From: a virus
Length of the DNA: 64,000 nt
IMG/VR virus record: IMGVR_UViG_3300023184_000082
Location: 1-64,000 of that record
Direction: 5' to 3' (one strand)
Shown here: piece after piece, positions 20,001 through 29,885 of the stretch
Layout: each line of letters opens with the position of its first letter
How positions within the stretch are numbered: the first letter of the stretch is position 1
Translations under genes and position numbers: made by a program
Notes under the pieces: model-generated
Told to the model about the DNA's origin: nothing
The model's database searches: none
Seen by the model: only the letters and a program-made list of their open reading frames with translations

Positions 20001-23000
20001 AGCATCATTGACCACATGAGAAAAATGATCGATTACGAAGGTGAATTCCCGTTTGGCGTCCGTACAGATGATCCGAAATCCGATCACCCTTGGCATGATG
20101 CAGAGTGGCATCGAAGGTATACAGTTCCAGGAACCGAATACAAGGAAGACTTTTCAAAAACAGGAGAGTTTGCAACCGGACCTGATGGTTCTTTTGTGCG
20201 CAAAAAAATTAACGTAAAAAAAGACAAAATGCCGGATTACAAAACTGGAGAACTGAAACTTTGGGTACCTACCAAGCAACCTACCGCTGACGCACAAGGA
20301 AGAATGAAGTACGAAATCAGCAAGGAAGACGACATAAGTTTTCAACCTGAGAAGAGTCTTCTTACTGCGCGGGATTCTAATGGCCTCATGATACCGGTAG
20401 GATTGCCGAATGGCCTAGATGCAACACAGCTTCAAGGGTACTTCCCCAATCCAACATGGCAAGGTCTTGCAAGAACACCGAATGCTGTTTCAAAAACTTA
20501 TGCAGCGCCCATTCTTGCAGCCGTGTATGGCATCACTGGCGATTCTTCTTTTTCAAGGCACCCAGAGTCGCCAATAACCGACGCGGATCTTAAAAACAAA
20601 TTACAGGAAGGCATAAATACGTTAAAAAAAGATATCGATACGTACTATGCTAAAGCAACAAAATCTTCAACTGCCGATCCATGGAGACAAGCACGAGCTG
20701 ACATGATAGCCATGAGGACATCCAGAGCAGTAGGTTCAGGATCACAGGACATCCTCAAGAAAATTCTTTCTGTGCTGTCAGTAAATAATGAGGAAATCAT
20801 GAAGGCCATTGAAGAAAAATATCCCAGAGCTGAACAGTGGCTACCCGAACATGTCAAAGATTTCGAGCTTCTTGCTCAGCTTAACATGCGTTTGTCTGGA
20901 AGCAAAGATGGTAGTGCACCCTCCATGGAAAATATTTTCTCGGGCGATATTCCATCGTATTTTTATCCTGGAAATGACAAGGAAGAAAACGGAAAAGATG
21001 CAGACTGGGTAAAAATGGCACTGGATGTCAAGGCGGATTTGCTGAAAAAATATGCGATACCGGAATTGCCACCCAGTTCCGAAGTGTGGCATGAAATTTC
21101 TCTTGCTTCTGCTGGACAATTGGTGGCGGACGCCGAAAAAAGAATACAGTTTATTAATGAAATCCAAAACACACCGAGATTGCAAGGAGAAATTGCTACT
21201 GCAATCAATGAGGCCAAATCGGAAATTGATCAAGCAACATCAAGGTCCCAGCAACAGCAAGCGGTTATGCGTCAACCATTGGATATTGCAGCGCATTCAA
21301 GAGACGTTCTGGATAGATGCATCGCTGAAAAGGTCATGCCATTTGATATATCAAGTTCCCTGTATCCTGACCAAATGAGAGGGAGCGGAAGTCCGGTGGC
21401 ATTTTACGCTTTGGGCGACACTGATGCAATAGATTCCCACAACATGATCCATATCGCCTCAGACCCATTGGCGGTCAGATACAATCCTTCCGCGACATTG
21501 AATGAAGCGGGAGAAGCAATTGACTCCATATCAAGATTGCTTTTGTCAAGGAAATCAGGAAATTCACCCGCAAATGCAGGGTTGCCGCTTCGAACACGCA
21601 AGCAACATCAAAAAGATCATGTTCAATCCATGATTGCAGAAATGAAAAAAATATATGATATGACTTCAGGGGACAAGAATCCTTTGTATGACATCATAAA
21701 TGAGATAAATCCCCATGTTGCACCAATTCTCAAGTTGAGCAGCGATCATTTTGACACGCCAGATTGGGAAACCAAATTCCTGAATGCCCTTGATGCCTAT
21801 TGCAAAGCGCAGGACATATCGATGATAACTCCTGCTGATGAACATTATCCATCTCGATTGCTTGCCATGCCGGAATCATGGCAGTTCAAAACAGAACAAG
21901 GCTCCATGATTTCGCATGTTCCAAAAATGATATTTGTAAAGGGAAACATTGAAAAATTCAAACAAAAAAAATTCGATCTTGACAGGACTGTTGCATGCAT
22001 TGGCACGGCAAAGTTAAAAGAAGGCGACCCTCTCGATGCAGAAGTGGCGCAGATTGCAAAAAATACCATACAGCAACTGGCAAAGGACAACTGGATAATT
22101 GTATCTGGAATGGCGAAGGGAATTGATAGCATTTGTCACGGTCAGGCGCTGGAAAGCGGAACGGCAACCATAGGAATATTGCCTCATGGAATCACCTCGA
22201 CACCGGGCGCCTCACAAGCAGAACTCTACAAAAGGATGACGGACCCCAAAGGAATGGGGGTTGTGATGACCGAGTATCTTCCGGGGATGCAAAATTACGG
22301 ATCCACAGAAGGAAGTACCGTAAAACAGAACTTGCACAGGAACAGACTTCAGGCAGGACTATCAATTGCAACAGTCATGTTTTCCTCGACAGCCAGACAA
22401 AATTGGATCAAGGAAAACATGGGTGAATACCAGATACAAGCCAATGAAAATGGACTCCTCACAGAAAGAGACATTGAAGACGCCGGTTCAATGGCAACCC
22501 TTCGGCATTCGTTATATCAAGCAAGAAGAAATTTTGTCCTTGATCCATCCAGCATCGTTGATTCTAATAACAATCTCATTTACAAGGACATGGATCTATC
22601 AAAAGGCGTCATGACGGGAAACTTCGAGGCAATGGAGAATCTCAACGCAACGAGTTTTAATGCATTAGAGATATCAGGATTGATCGATAACCTGAATATC
22701 GCCTACGCAACTCGAAATGAACCCAAAAGAACATTTATTGGAGATGGAGCAAACGCTGAACGAGTCCTTACAAACCTTGGAATGACCCAATCCCCTGATG
22801 AAACCAACGAGTCGTTTTTAGACAGGGTAACACAAGAAATAATGAAGAAGATTGCAGCAAAGGATGCTGATACCAAGGCGGTATTGAAAAAAATTTCAGA
22901 CTCATACAATCCGGACGGATCCACCAAGAAATCAATTGTCATTTATGCTCCTGATGAAAATGATGCAAGCTTGAAGCAATTGATCATGGCTCGCGAAATG

Positions 23001-26000
23001 GGAATACCGACCGTTGTTGTTCCGGCAAAGGTAAACTACTCCAAGACAAAGATGGCCGACGAATATGATGAAAATGGAGAACTCACAAGAATAAATTCAC
23101 TCAAGGACTGGGCTCCATTAAAACCAGATACTGTTCACGCACAAAAGGATGAACTGACCGCCACATTGAAGGGAAGCACATACACATTTGGATCGGCGGA
23201 AGCGCTCTATTATGCCTTTTTGTATGAGAATCCGGAAGACATAAGCAGCATTTCAGATCTTTCAAAAAGACAGCAGGGAATGAACGAAATCAGGAGAAAA
23301 GCAAAACAGGATCAAGAGGCAGGAAGAATCCTTGAACTCACTCGTGACCAGAAAGTTTCAAGGATGTATGATGCTCTCAAGATAAAATTCAGCAATAAGA
23401 ATTATGCTAACGTCCTTGCAAAGACCGGAAATGCCACTATTGTGCACGAAAGTCCTGACGCATTCTGGGGCGTCATTGGGGATAGTTCACCCAAGAATCA
23501 AGCAAGCATCGGAACTGGGGCAAATGTCGTTGGTAAATTGCTCATGTTCATTCGCGATCAGCAAAGATCCAATAGCAACACATTGACTCCCAATGAAATC
23601 AGAAGCATGCACTCCACGCAGGAGAATTGTCAAATTCCTTGGAACAAGGCGCTGCCATTTTTTGGCATGTATGCCCAAGATGTGGATTCATCAAAAATAA
23701 CTTCATTGAGTAATGAGCCTCTTCGTGTGGGAATTACCGGATCAAGGGAAGGCTTGACCAGCAGCATGATAGAGGCTGCCTTGCGCGGATCACTCAAGAT
23801 GAATTCTGGCAGCCGCTTGATAACGGAAGATGCAACTGCTGCTCTAGGTCTTTCCGATTTTGAAAAACGAATGGGCATAAAAAGACAAGCGGTAAGCTCG
23901 AATTCGGCGACCAGAAAAATCACCCCTTTGTCTTTCGTGCATGGAGGCGCAAAAGGAGCGGATTCTCAGGCAATAAACTACATATTGTCAAACGTAAAAA
24001 GATTTGCCATTGATGGAATTGAAAATTCCATAACGGAAATACCATTTGATGCCATGTCTTCAGACGAAAAGGATTTTCAAGATGGCACGGCTGGCAACAG
24101 AAGAAACTCGAAAATCGTGGCGAATTCCGATGTTCTCATTGCAATCTGGGACGGGAAAAGCAGAGGCACCATGCATGCCGTCATGACGGCAATACAGCAA
24201 GGCAAGCCTGTTCATCTTTGGTCACCTGACGGGAGAGGAGGCATGAAACTTCAGGAGATATACCCATCCAGCAAAGGAAACATGTCCGTTATTTCCCCTT
24301 CGGATCCATCTCCCAGGGAAAACTCCACACTAAGCATCGCCCAAGATGAACATCCATCACATATTCGCACCTCCACATTGAATCTTGCGGAAAAATTGCG
24401 CACACAGACCTTGACATTGGGAGTAAGTCATGATTCTCCATACATGAGAGGAATTCGAGGAAGCCTGGTCAACTCCGTGAGGCCAAAATCAGTAAGCATC
24501 ATGTATTCTCCTGCTCCGTATTCTGCCCAAGAACCAAGTGACGATTTTGCTGTGCCTCGCGGTCATTATCGTGGAGATCATGAATTATTTCACGGAAGAA
24601 TTCACAAGGGTGCGACAAGATACGGTGATCGCGCTTTGCCGGTGGATAGTCCTGACAGTTGGGAATCATTTTCTGGTTTTGAACAGAAAACACCGCTTCA
24701 AAAAAGAATTGAAAAAATGGCGAAAGAACGAGCAAGACAAGAAGAAGTAGATTCGTTGTCACTCGGAGGCGCAAAAGAAAAGGTTTCGTCAACACCGGGG
24801 ATGGAAGCTATTGCCATGGCAGTAAGGGGGAACAACAGGGCTTCAAGATACGCATCGGTTGCATCGCAAAATCCCTCGGCTGAAACGTCAGCGTGGCTCG
24901 ATGAGTACAACAATGAAAATCCAAAGTTCTTTTCTCCCGAATCAGACAGCGGAAAAAGAATGGCAAAATCAACCTCGCGATCAATGGTTATAAAAAATGA
25001 TCTTTTCCCGAATTTGTTCGCAAAAGTGTCGATTTCCTTTGCTGACAATGAAGCTTTGGGAAGGAGCAGGGATCAGCGCGAATTCAATCAAGCGACGGCA
25101 AAGTTCCACGTGATGTTGTTTCACAGACAACAGCAAACTGATGCATCTGGAAAACCAGCAGATCCATTGATAGTTCCTGTTGGAAGCCTCGTGTATGAAG
25201 TGCCAAGATCTCCTGCGCTTACAAGTCTTTCCGCATCAAGAACTGATTCAGGAAGAGGTGTGTTCGGCGAAGGATACATGAACTATCAACGAGTCATAAG
25301 CATGCTAGCCACAGATGTGGCTAGCAATCTCCTTGCATCCCATCAGGCAACGTCAATTCATCAGGAATTGACCAGACATGCAAGTGGGCTTTCAACCTTG
25401 CTGCAGAACAATGCAAGATATCAGGAATTGAAGAAAAAGAGGGATCGGACAGCAGAAGAAACGTCCGAAATGAAATTGCTGGACGCAAGTCGTAAAAAAC
25501 TTGGCACTATTGGCATACCCTTGACTACAGCACCGCAATCTCACGGTCTTGCCACATTGAGGACAAGACAGGAAGACAATCTTGGCGACTTCATTCATAC
25601 ACATCTTTCATCCACAACATTGCAGCCGAGCTTGCTGCCCACAGCCAGAGGAACAGTAAGTGATCGTCTATCTAGTGCACGAGATCTTTCCCAGTACGAT
25701 CCCATTAAAATACCGATAGAGCAGATCAATGAGTACATCGAGAGCCTTCGTGCACACACACAAACCATTGGCTCCCGAGAAGCGTGGCCTCCTGCGCCTG
25801 CGTTGGAAAGCATAGGGCAAACTACCAGAAGAAACAAGCAATTATCTGCAAATCCCAACATCAGATATCAAGCATCACATCAGCAGAGAGGAAGTTCCCC
25901 TCAGTCCGGAATGCTGATGTTATTCAAGGCTCTTGGTGGGGAGGTAAAAGCCGCTGCAGACCATACTCCTCTCGACAAGGATCGCGGAATATATGGAGAC

Positions 26001-29000
26001 GCAACCAGATTGACGGGATTGGCCGGTATTAATCAATTATCATCTCGAAAAATGAATGTAAACGCTGTAGCCTTGCTTTTTGGTTCGCTTCTTTGGGACA
26101 AAACACAAAGAGGACCCTTTGCCACTTTGCAAAATCCAGAAACAAGCACACTTTATCACCTTATTGCTACTCCTTCGAATTCCAGCACAATCAAGTATGA
26201 TGGCAATTTTATGAAACTCTTGCAACAGGGAAGAATTTTCAATTCGCTGAAAAATGTACAGGCCGGGACAATGTCTGCTGACAATTTTCAAGAAAATGTT
26301 GTTTTCAAGAATAACATGTCAGATGTTCAACTTTGGCATGATATTCAAATTGCTGATCTTTTATCAAGCCAAACCAACATGTCTGATGGACTCAGAAATG
26401 TGGCAAACGACATATTGACAGAGATAGGTGGTAAAAAAACACTGCTGGATGGCAAATACACTCGTGATGGAGTAGCAACAAATCCTGTGGTGGTCTCGTT
26501 GGCCACAAGATGGGCGATGTTTCGTGACAATCTTTTCTGGATGGGAAGAGATGCAAATTTTTCTCAGGATTCATACGCATTAAAAGATGATGTACGGAGA
26601 AGAATGGCAGAAGCGACAAAGGTCTTGGGTGGCTCGGCTCCTGCGCTTCTGCTTGCGGGACATGTTGCCGAGAATTCAGATGCGTTTTCGCACATGAATA
26701 ATTCCTTGGCGGGAAAAATGCAGGAGACTATCAAGAGAATGATGTCCCAAGGCAGCAAGGGACCAAGAAGCTTGTACGAAACGCTATCTGATTTGAAGGA
26801 TTCCATTTCCCGCGCAAAAAGCAATTTTGTTTTCTTGGAAAATATCAGACATGATGGCCAGGAAAACATGATAAAGATGCGTCCATTGGCTTCATCAAAT
26901 GGAGTACAGACAGATCCGCTTGCAGTATCCATCAAGAAATCCTTGGGAATCTCAGCAGGAACTACGTTACTTACGTTACCGGCATATCTGTCGTCAGCAT
27001 TTGACCTGATTGCGTCGTTGGATATTTCGTTTGGGGCGGTAAAAAGGAAAATCGGCTTTGAGTCAACGATTGCAAATATCTCAAAATCAAATATTGTAGA
27101 TCAATCAGGCATAACGGAATCCAAAGATACAAAGTTTGTCTTTGTCCCAGGATCCGTATGGCAAGCGACCAAGATGCCCTTTGATGGAATGAAAGATACA
27201 CAAGGAAACCTTGTCGTTCCCAATAAACTAAATCCGACTGCCTATGCTCTGGTTGCATCTCGACATCAAGAAATAAACAGGATATTTTTTGGGCTGACAG
27301 GAGGAAAATCATCCGATCAGGAGTTGATTGACGAAAGCGCTCTTTTTTCTAGTGATCAAAAAAACGAACCTCAAGACAGAAGCGCTTCCCATTATGTATA
27401 TATCGGAACGCCGATGGGCAAACAAATTGACGAAGGTCTTGGGGTATTGAATGCCAATGAAAAAGAAAGAATGGCTGAATACCAAAAAGCGGTCGCAATT
27501 GCTATCGGGCATGCAGCAAACATAAAGGGAGCGACCAGACTGCCATCCAATGCCCAATGGTTTCTTCCAAGTGATTCATCAACATTCAAGATTATGCAGT
27601 CGCAAAATAAGGATATCTTTGAAAAGATCGCTCTCGATGCAATATCCGGAGGAGCTCAAGGATCACTGTCCAGCGAGAAGGATTTGCGAGATAGGCAAAT
27701 ACGGGCACTCGTCTGGGCAAGAATGTATATCAATGCAATCCATGAAGCCAAGAGGGACGAAGAAATCAAGACTGCGGAAAAAAATTCGCCATCACCATAT
27801 ACAGTGCATGCTCCAGAGGAAGCATCGTTATTCAAGGATTTTGGCGATGAGGATAAAAAGCTTGCGCAAGATTGTTCTTTCATCAAAATACGCGCCCTTC
27901 AAGATGCATCAATCGATTCGACATCTGAAGCATTGACGTACAGAGACGTTGTTCCAACTTCACTTTCAACACCTTCCCCAACCATTTCCGATTCCAATAG
28001 TGTCCGCAGCATGACAACGAGGATTTTTACGCTTGAATCAGAGATTCAAAAGGTAAAGCGTGACTTGGAGATGCCCCTGCTGAGCGCAGCAACCAAAAGA
28101 GATCTTGAAGCAAAGAAGAAGGAACTAACCGATACTCTGTCCAAGCAAGTCGATGTTCGCGCCGCAACAATACGCGCGTCAATGACCACTGAAGAACTGG
28201 CAATCGTTGCAGACAAGAAAAAAATGCTTGATTCCATGGATGAGATAATGAATGACGAAAATGAATGGGAAGCTTTTGATGATGCAGTCGATAGCGCAGA
28301 AAAACTCAGAAACGTTGATCCTGAGAACCCTGATTTCTTTACCGAAATCACGCACAGTCCTGAGGTTCTTGACATAGATTTTGAAAATCAGGATTCCATA
28401 GATGAGGCGGCATCTGCGCTTGAACAAGGGCAATTGTATTTGCAAAAAGCACTTCCTGTTCTAGCGGCGTACAAGGACACATTAGCGCAACTTCAATCAG
28501 ATGAGGATTATCCTATTCCATCGTATTCTCTTGACAACTCACTTGCTGGAAGCGGGAAAAAGAACATTTCCTATTTCCAATGGTATGAAAATCTTGACGA
28601 CCATCAGAAATCAAGTTCTCAAAAAAATCTCATGAGAAGATATGTGGCTCTCTTGGAATCTTCATTGCTACGACAATTTTTTATCAATGAGCAACTCAAG
28701 AAGGCAACCGGAGATGGACAAAAGTTTACAGTTGCCAGAATGACCAATTATTTCGATGAGTCTTCCGCGTTGCGCAAACGAGAAAAAGATCGCAATGCAT
28801 TCATTGAACAATTGACACCAAATGAGTCAATGCTATTGGGAAGTCCGCGAGTGAGCAAAGTTTTTGGTGAAAATCCTCTCAGCGAACCGACCGTTGATAC
28901 ATTGTCAATAAAACAACTGAAGGGAATAAGCAGGGGTGGGACATCCATTGAAGATGCCATTTCAAAAGAGCAGGTCATTCCTGTAACTAATGCGATAATA

Positions 29001-29885
29001 GATTTCATGACATATCATTGGAAGCCAGTCAATGTCGGACTGGATACGAATATATTGGGCGAACTGTTTTCTTGGGGATCGCCATTATTTACGTATTTGA
29101 AGAAAAACGGCGACCAGTCGTTATTCTGCATAGACGCAACGTCAGGTTCATCTATTTCATTTTCTTCTTCACTGCTCAAGAAGAGAGATGAAATAGTTGC
29201 GGACATTGCGCTTACCAAAGAAAACGTCAGGAGTGGGAATCTGACGCCAGATGAGGAGATTGAGTCAACACTGAAGCTGGAAAGACTTGAACAAGACAAG
29301 AAACGAATCATTGAAGCGATCAATGACGAAACCACCAAGACAAACCTCATTGAAAAAGCATTCAATGCGTTTCGCTTGGAGGCAAGGGAGGCATACCAAT
29401 GCATCTCTTCCGGATCAGAAGCGTTCAACGGAAAACTTTCCTTGGACTTCTGGAGAGATCAGTTCATCGATCTCAAGGCACCAAGGGCCATTCAAATACA
29501 GTCAGCAACGGGAGAACCAACAAAGCAATTCACAAAACACGCGTGGCCACAATCGGAACGCAGGAAAATGGCGCGATCTGCCCAGCAGAAATCATCAACA
29601 ATGACGGAGTCCATACAAATAAGAGCCGCAACGGATTTCCCGCCGCTGAAGCCAGAATCCTTCAGCGCTTGGGCGACGGAGCTGAGCGCGGGGCAGCAAG
29701 ATCCCGACAGCGTTGACACGCAGATGGAGGTTTTCAAGACAAGGCTGCGAAAATCATTCGGAATCGTGTACCATGTTCCGAAGACACGGGCTCCAAAACC
29801 GCCCCCTCGGCAGGCGCAGTTGCATAAGAGCCGCAAGGTTACATTCTTTGTCCGCAAGGCAGCATTTGACAGCAAAGGCAGGTAA
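17067..29885 (+). CDS. Giant polyvalent protein (4272 aa) with central DprA, NADAR and YspA-like SLOG domains
   Basis: Uninterrupted 12.8-kb ORF, AAGGA SD; three recognisable domains. Confidence 0.92.
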   Translation: MIPDKTGEILSAVHAQKTGGIPDTAARGGGYIVQHKPDVPRPDEPGSLALPLVDQAHVRSSGMSASAISSDVADIGTMPPSSLTHGSPMITAMQTPRQTEPKWTENGLQYIINGQPVNVLSNGQDLSVQLPTVTGAPTAPLGKPEDVSSHLLFDPSKISRNSGGLDNLTSQQLDRITASIGAHEANQKLLFGIQRIFRDGGRDPAAGELTQKQKDDQHKDKKYASLERKYTKDGRLLLDALPLTTLTSLASTARDRANAAYKAWYENSGPLEGKATKADINQLQQMRMSRKKQFEYGFEPGNGIMRVFTLDDGRKFSEPVIPGKISTSRELPDSVDHFSGVLFPGDLAQSEDELIKFLGNPSYHRDASGKTVLEAHSDAMRGFMDNHLEQGIFPMLGDNRPISRETSRTPSRAEGIAGEESAASKTALVEERVKDDFALLMDEVAEKRASMEIALQQILETIASPTEKLDLPEIFKKIEALGDTKLPEAKKLEEESIGVLQQRELQEKIQAIKFSDGKPLRLEDLISPAVDSDGNSLPGSLLVNMSTHGFIGKTAATPGARHPLASVAAIEAQAYNTGRISKGLTTLDAAKARIDPDNLKKEKDFAEKIKAYLQQAMEASLLKYRADTQQTIKIPTLRQKVPLPVDAAMKFHKKQLFSALQIPVTTGVDVKKYAMRLPQDQGSEKLVPVIRLVDLRPDEFVDQVSSSIFSRDEANIFDTKLSAAYENFSSAKQNMQTVSGPESEAAVANARQGIENVLKENLVLNETERQSIENIIGKDASPYINLVKKALPKALFDSWLDKVKNGNFLGALTIMRDRLDASSTKTAAQQKIKADLAEYTRQLRNDVSYYIRSEGEQSKTPTGLFSPRIIREKSQKFTPYEDSTNAALFRKAYRQSLINSDSTLLDPQSFDDDKSPEMAKFIDQYPHVLVDSGQADIRSWFSESILNAAKDRFLSYEIQPKNPSNIILQSTSAAQEARSIIDHMRKMIDYEGEFPFGVRTDDPKSDHPWHDAEWHRRYTVPGTEYKEDFSKTGEFATGPDGSFVRKKINVKKDKMPDYKTGELKLWVPTKQPTADAQGRMKYEISKEDDISFQPEKSLLTARDSNGLMIPVGLPNGLDATQLQGYFPNPTWQGLARTPNAVSKTYAAPILAAVYGITGDSSFSRHPESPITDADLKNKLQEGINTLKKDIDTYYAKATKSSTADPWRQARADMIAMRTSRAVGSGSQDILKKILSVLSVNNEEIMKAIEEKYPRAEQWLPEHVKDFELLAQLNMRLSGSKDGSAPSMENIFSGDIPSYFYPGNDKEENGKDADWVKMALDVKADLLKKYAIPELPPSSEVWHEISLASAGQLVADAEKRIQFINEIQNTPRLQGEIATAINEAKSEIDQATSRSQQQQAVMRQPLDIAAHSRDVLDRCIAEKVMPFDISSSLYPDQMRGSGSPVAFYALGDTDAIDSHNMIHIASDPLAVRYNPSATLNEAGEAIDSISRLLLSRKSGNSPANAGLPLRTRKQHQKDHVQSMIAEMKKIYDMTSGDKNPLYDIINEINPHVAPILKLSSDHFDTPDWETKFLNALDAYCKAQDISMITPADEHYPSRLLAMPESWQFKTEQGSMISHVPKMIFVKGNIEKFKQKKFDLDRTVACIGTAKLKEGDPLDAEVAQIAKNTIQQLAKDNWIIVSGMAKGIDSICHGQALESGTATIGILPHGITSTPGASQAELYKRMTDPKGMGVVMTEYLPGMQNYGSTEGSTVKQNLHRNRLQAGLSIATVMFSSTARQNWIKENMGEYQIQANENGLLTERDIEDAGSMATLRHSLYQARRNFVLDPSSIVDSNNNLIYKDMDLSKGVMTGNFEAMENLNATSFNALEISGLIDNLNIAYATRNEPKRTFIGDGANAERVLTNLGMTQSPDETNESFLDRVTQEIMKKIAAKDADTKAVLKKISDSYNPDGSTKKSIVIYAPDENDASLKQLIMAREMGIPTVVVPAKVNYSKTKMADEYDENGELTRINSLKDWAPLKPDTVHAQKDELTATLKGSTYTFGSAEALYYAFLYENPEDISSISDLSKRQQGMNEIRRKAKQDQEAGRILELTRDQKVSRMYDALKIKFSNKNYANVLAKTGNATIVHESPDAFWGVIGDSSPKNQASIGTGANVVGKLLMFIRDQQRSNSNTLTPNEIRSMHSTQENCQIPWNKALPFFGMYAQDVDSSKITSLSNEPLRVGITGSREGLTSSMIEAALRGSLKMNSGSRLITEDATAALGLSDFEKRMGIKRQAVSSNSATRKITPLSFVHGGAKGADSQAINYILSNVKRFAIDGIENSITEIPFDAMSSDEKDFQDGTAGNRRNSKIVANSDVLIAIWDGKSRGTMHAVMTAIQQGKPVHLWSPDGRGGMKLQEIYPSSKGNMSVISPSDPSPRENSTLSIAQDEHPSHIRTSTLNLAEKLRTQTLTLGVSHDSPYMRGIRGSLVNSVRPKSVSIMYSPAPYSAQEPSDDFAVPRGHYRGDHELFHGRIHKGATRYGDRALPVDSPDSWESFSGFEQKTPLQKRIEKMAKERARQEEVDSLSLGGAKEKVSSTPGMEAIAMAVRGNNRASRYASVASQNPSAETSAWLDEYNNENPKFFSPESDSGKRMAKSTSRSMVIKNDLFPNLFAKVSISFADNEALGRSRDQREFNQATAKFHVMLFHRQQQTDASGKPADPLIVPVGSLVYEVPRSPALTSLSASRTDSGRGVFGEGYMNYQRVISMLATDVASNLLASHQATSIHQELTRHASGLSTLLQNNARYQELKKKRDRTAEETSEMKLLDASRKKLGTIGIPLTTAPQSHGLATLRTRQEDNLGDFIHTHLSSTTLQPSLLPTARGTVSDRLSSARDLSQYDPIKIPIEQINEYIESLRAHTQTIGSREAWPPAPALESIGQTTRRNKQLSANPNIRYQASHQQRGSSPQSGMLMLFKALGGEVKAAADHTPLDKDRGIYGDATRLTGLAGINQLSSRKMNVNAVALLFGSLLWDKTQRGPFATLQNPETSTLYHLIATPSNSSTIKYDGNFMKLLQQGRIFNSLKNVQAGTMSADNFQENVVFKNNMSDVQLWHDIQIADLLSSQTNMSDGLRNVANDILTEIGGKKTLLDGKYTRDGVATNPVVVSLATRWAMFRDNLFWMGRDANFSQDSYALKDDVRRRMAEATKVLGGSAPALLLAGHVAENSDAFSHMNNSLAGKMQETIKRMMSQGSKGPRSLYETLSDLKDSISRAKSNFVFLENIRHDGQENMIKMRPLASSNGVQTDPLAVSIKKSLGISAGTTLLTLPAYLSSAFDLIASLDISFGAVKRKIGFESTIANISKSNIVDQSGITESKDTKFVFVPGSVWQATKMPFDGMKDTQGNLVVPNKLNPTAYALVASRHQEINRIFFGLTGGKSSDQELIDESALFSSDQKNEPQDRSASHYVYIGTPMGKQIDEGLGVLNANEKERMAEYQKAVAIAIGHAANIKGATRLPSNAQWFLPSDSSTFKIMQSQNKDIFEKIALDAISGGAQGSLSSEKDLRDRQIRALVWARMYINAIHEAKRDEEIKTAEKNSPSPYTVHAPEEASLFKDFGDEDKKLAQDCSFIKIRALQDASIDSTSEALTYRDVVPTSLSTPSPTISDSNSVRSMTTRIFTLESEIQKVKRDLEMPLLSAATKRDLEAKKKELTDTLSKQVDVRAATIRASMTTEELAIVADKKKMLDSMDEIMNDENEWEAFDDAVDSAEKLRNVDPENPDFFTEITHSPEVLDIDFENQDSIDEAASALEQGQLYLQKALPVLAAYKDTLAQLQSDEDYPIPSYSLDNSLAGSGKKNISYFQWYENLDDHQKSSSQKNLMRRYVALLESSLLRQFFINEQLKKATGDGQKFTVARMTNYFDESSALRKREKDRNAFIEQLTPNESMLLGSPRVSKVFGENPLSEPTVDTLSIKQLKGISRGGTSIEDAISKEQVIPVTNAIIDFMTYHWKPVNVGLDTNILGELFSWGSPLFTYLKKNGDQSLFCIDATSGSSISFSSSLLKKRDEIVADIALTKENVRSGNLTPDEEIESTLKLERLEQDKKRIIEAINDETTKTNLIEKAFNAFRLEAREAYQCISSGSEAFNGKLSLDFWRDQFIDLKAPRAIQIQSATGEPTKQFTKHAWPQSERRKMARSAQQKSSTMTESIQIRAATDFPPLKPESFSAWATELSAGQQDPDSVDTQMEVFKTRLRKSFGIVYHVPKTRAPKPPPRQAQLHKSRKVTFFVRKAAFDSKGR
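21816..22545 (+). other. DprA/Smf (SLOG superfamily, ssDNA-binding) domain
   Basis: ITPADEHYPSRL, PKMIFVKGN, VACIGT, IIVSGMAKGIDSICH, TIGILPHGI, VMTEYLPG, RNRLQAGLS, GSMATL. Confidence 0.9.
23175..23562 (+). other. NADAR (YbiA-like) domain
   Basis: FGSAEALYYA, MYDALKIKF, LAKTGNATIVHESPDAFWG, GANVVGKLLMFIRD. Confidence 0.88.
23720..24222 (+). other. YspA/DUF2493-like SLOG domain
   Basis: VGITGSRE, VHGGAKGADS, AGNRRNSKIV, VLIAIWDGKSRGTMH, GKPVHLW. Confidence 0.85.

Noticed and set aside
24579-24593. HELFH (HExxH) zincin motif in the 4272-aa protein
   Set aside because: It lacks the preceding hydrophobic helix context, and a single such motif is expected by chance in 4000 aa.
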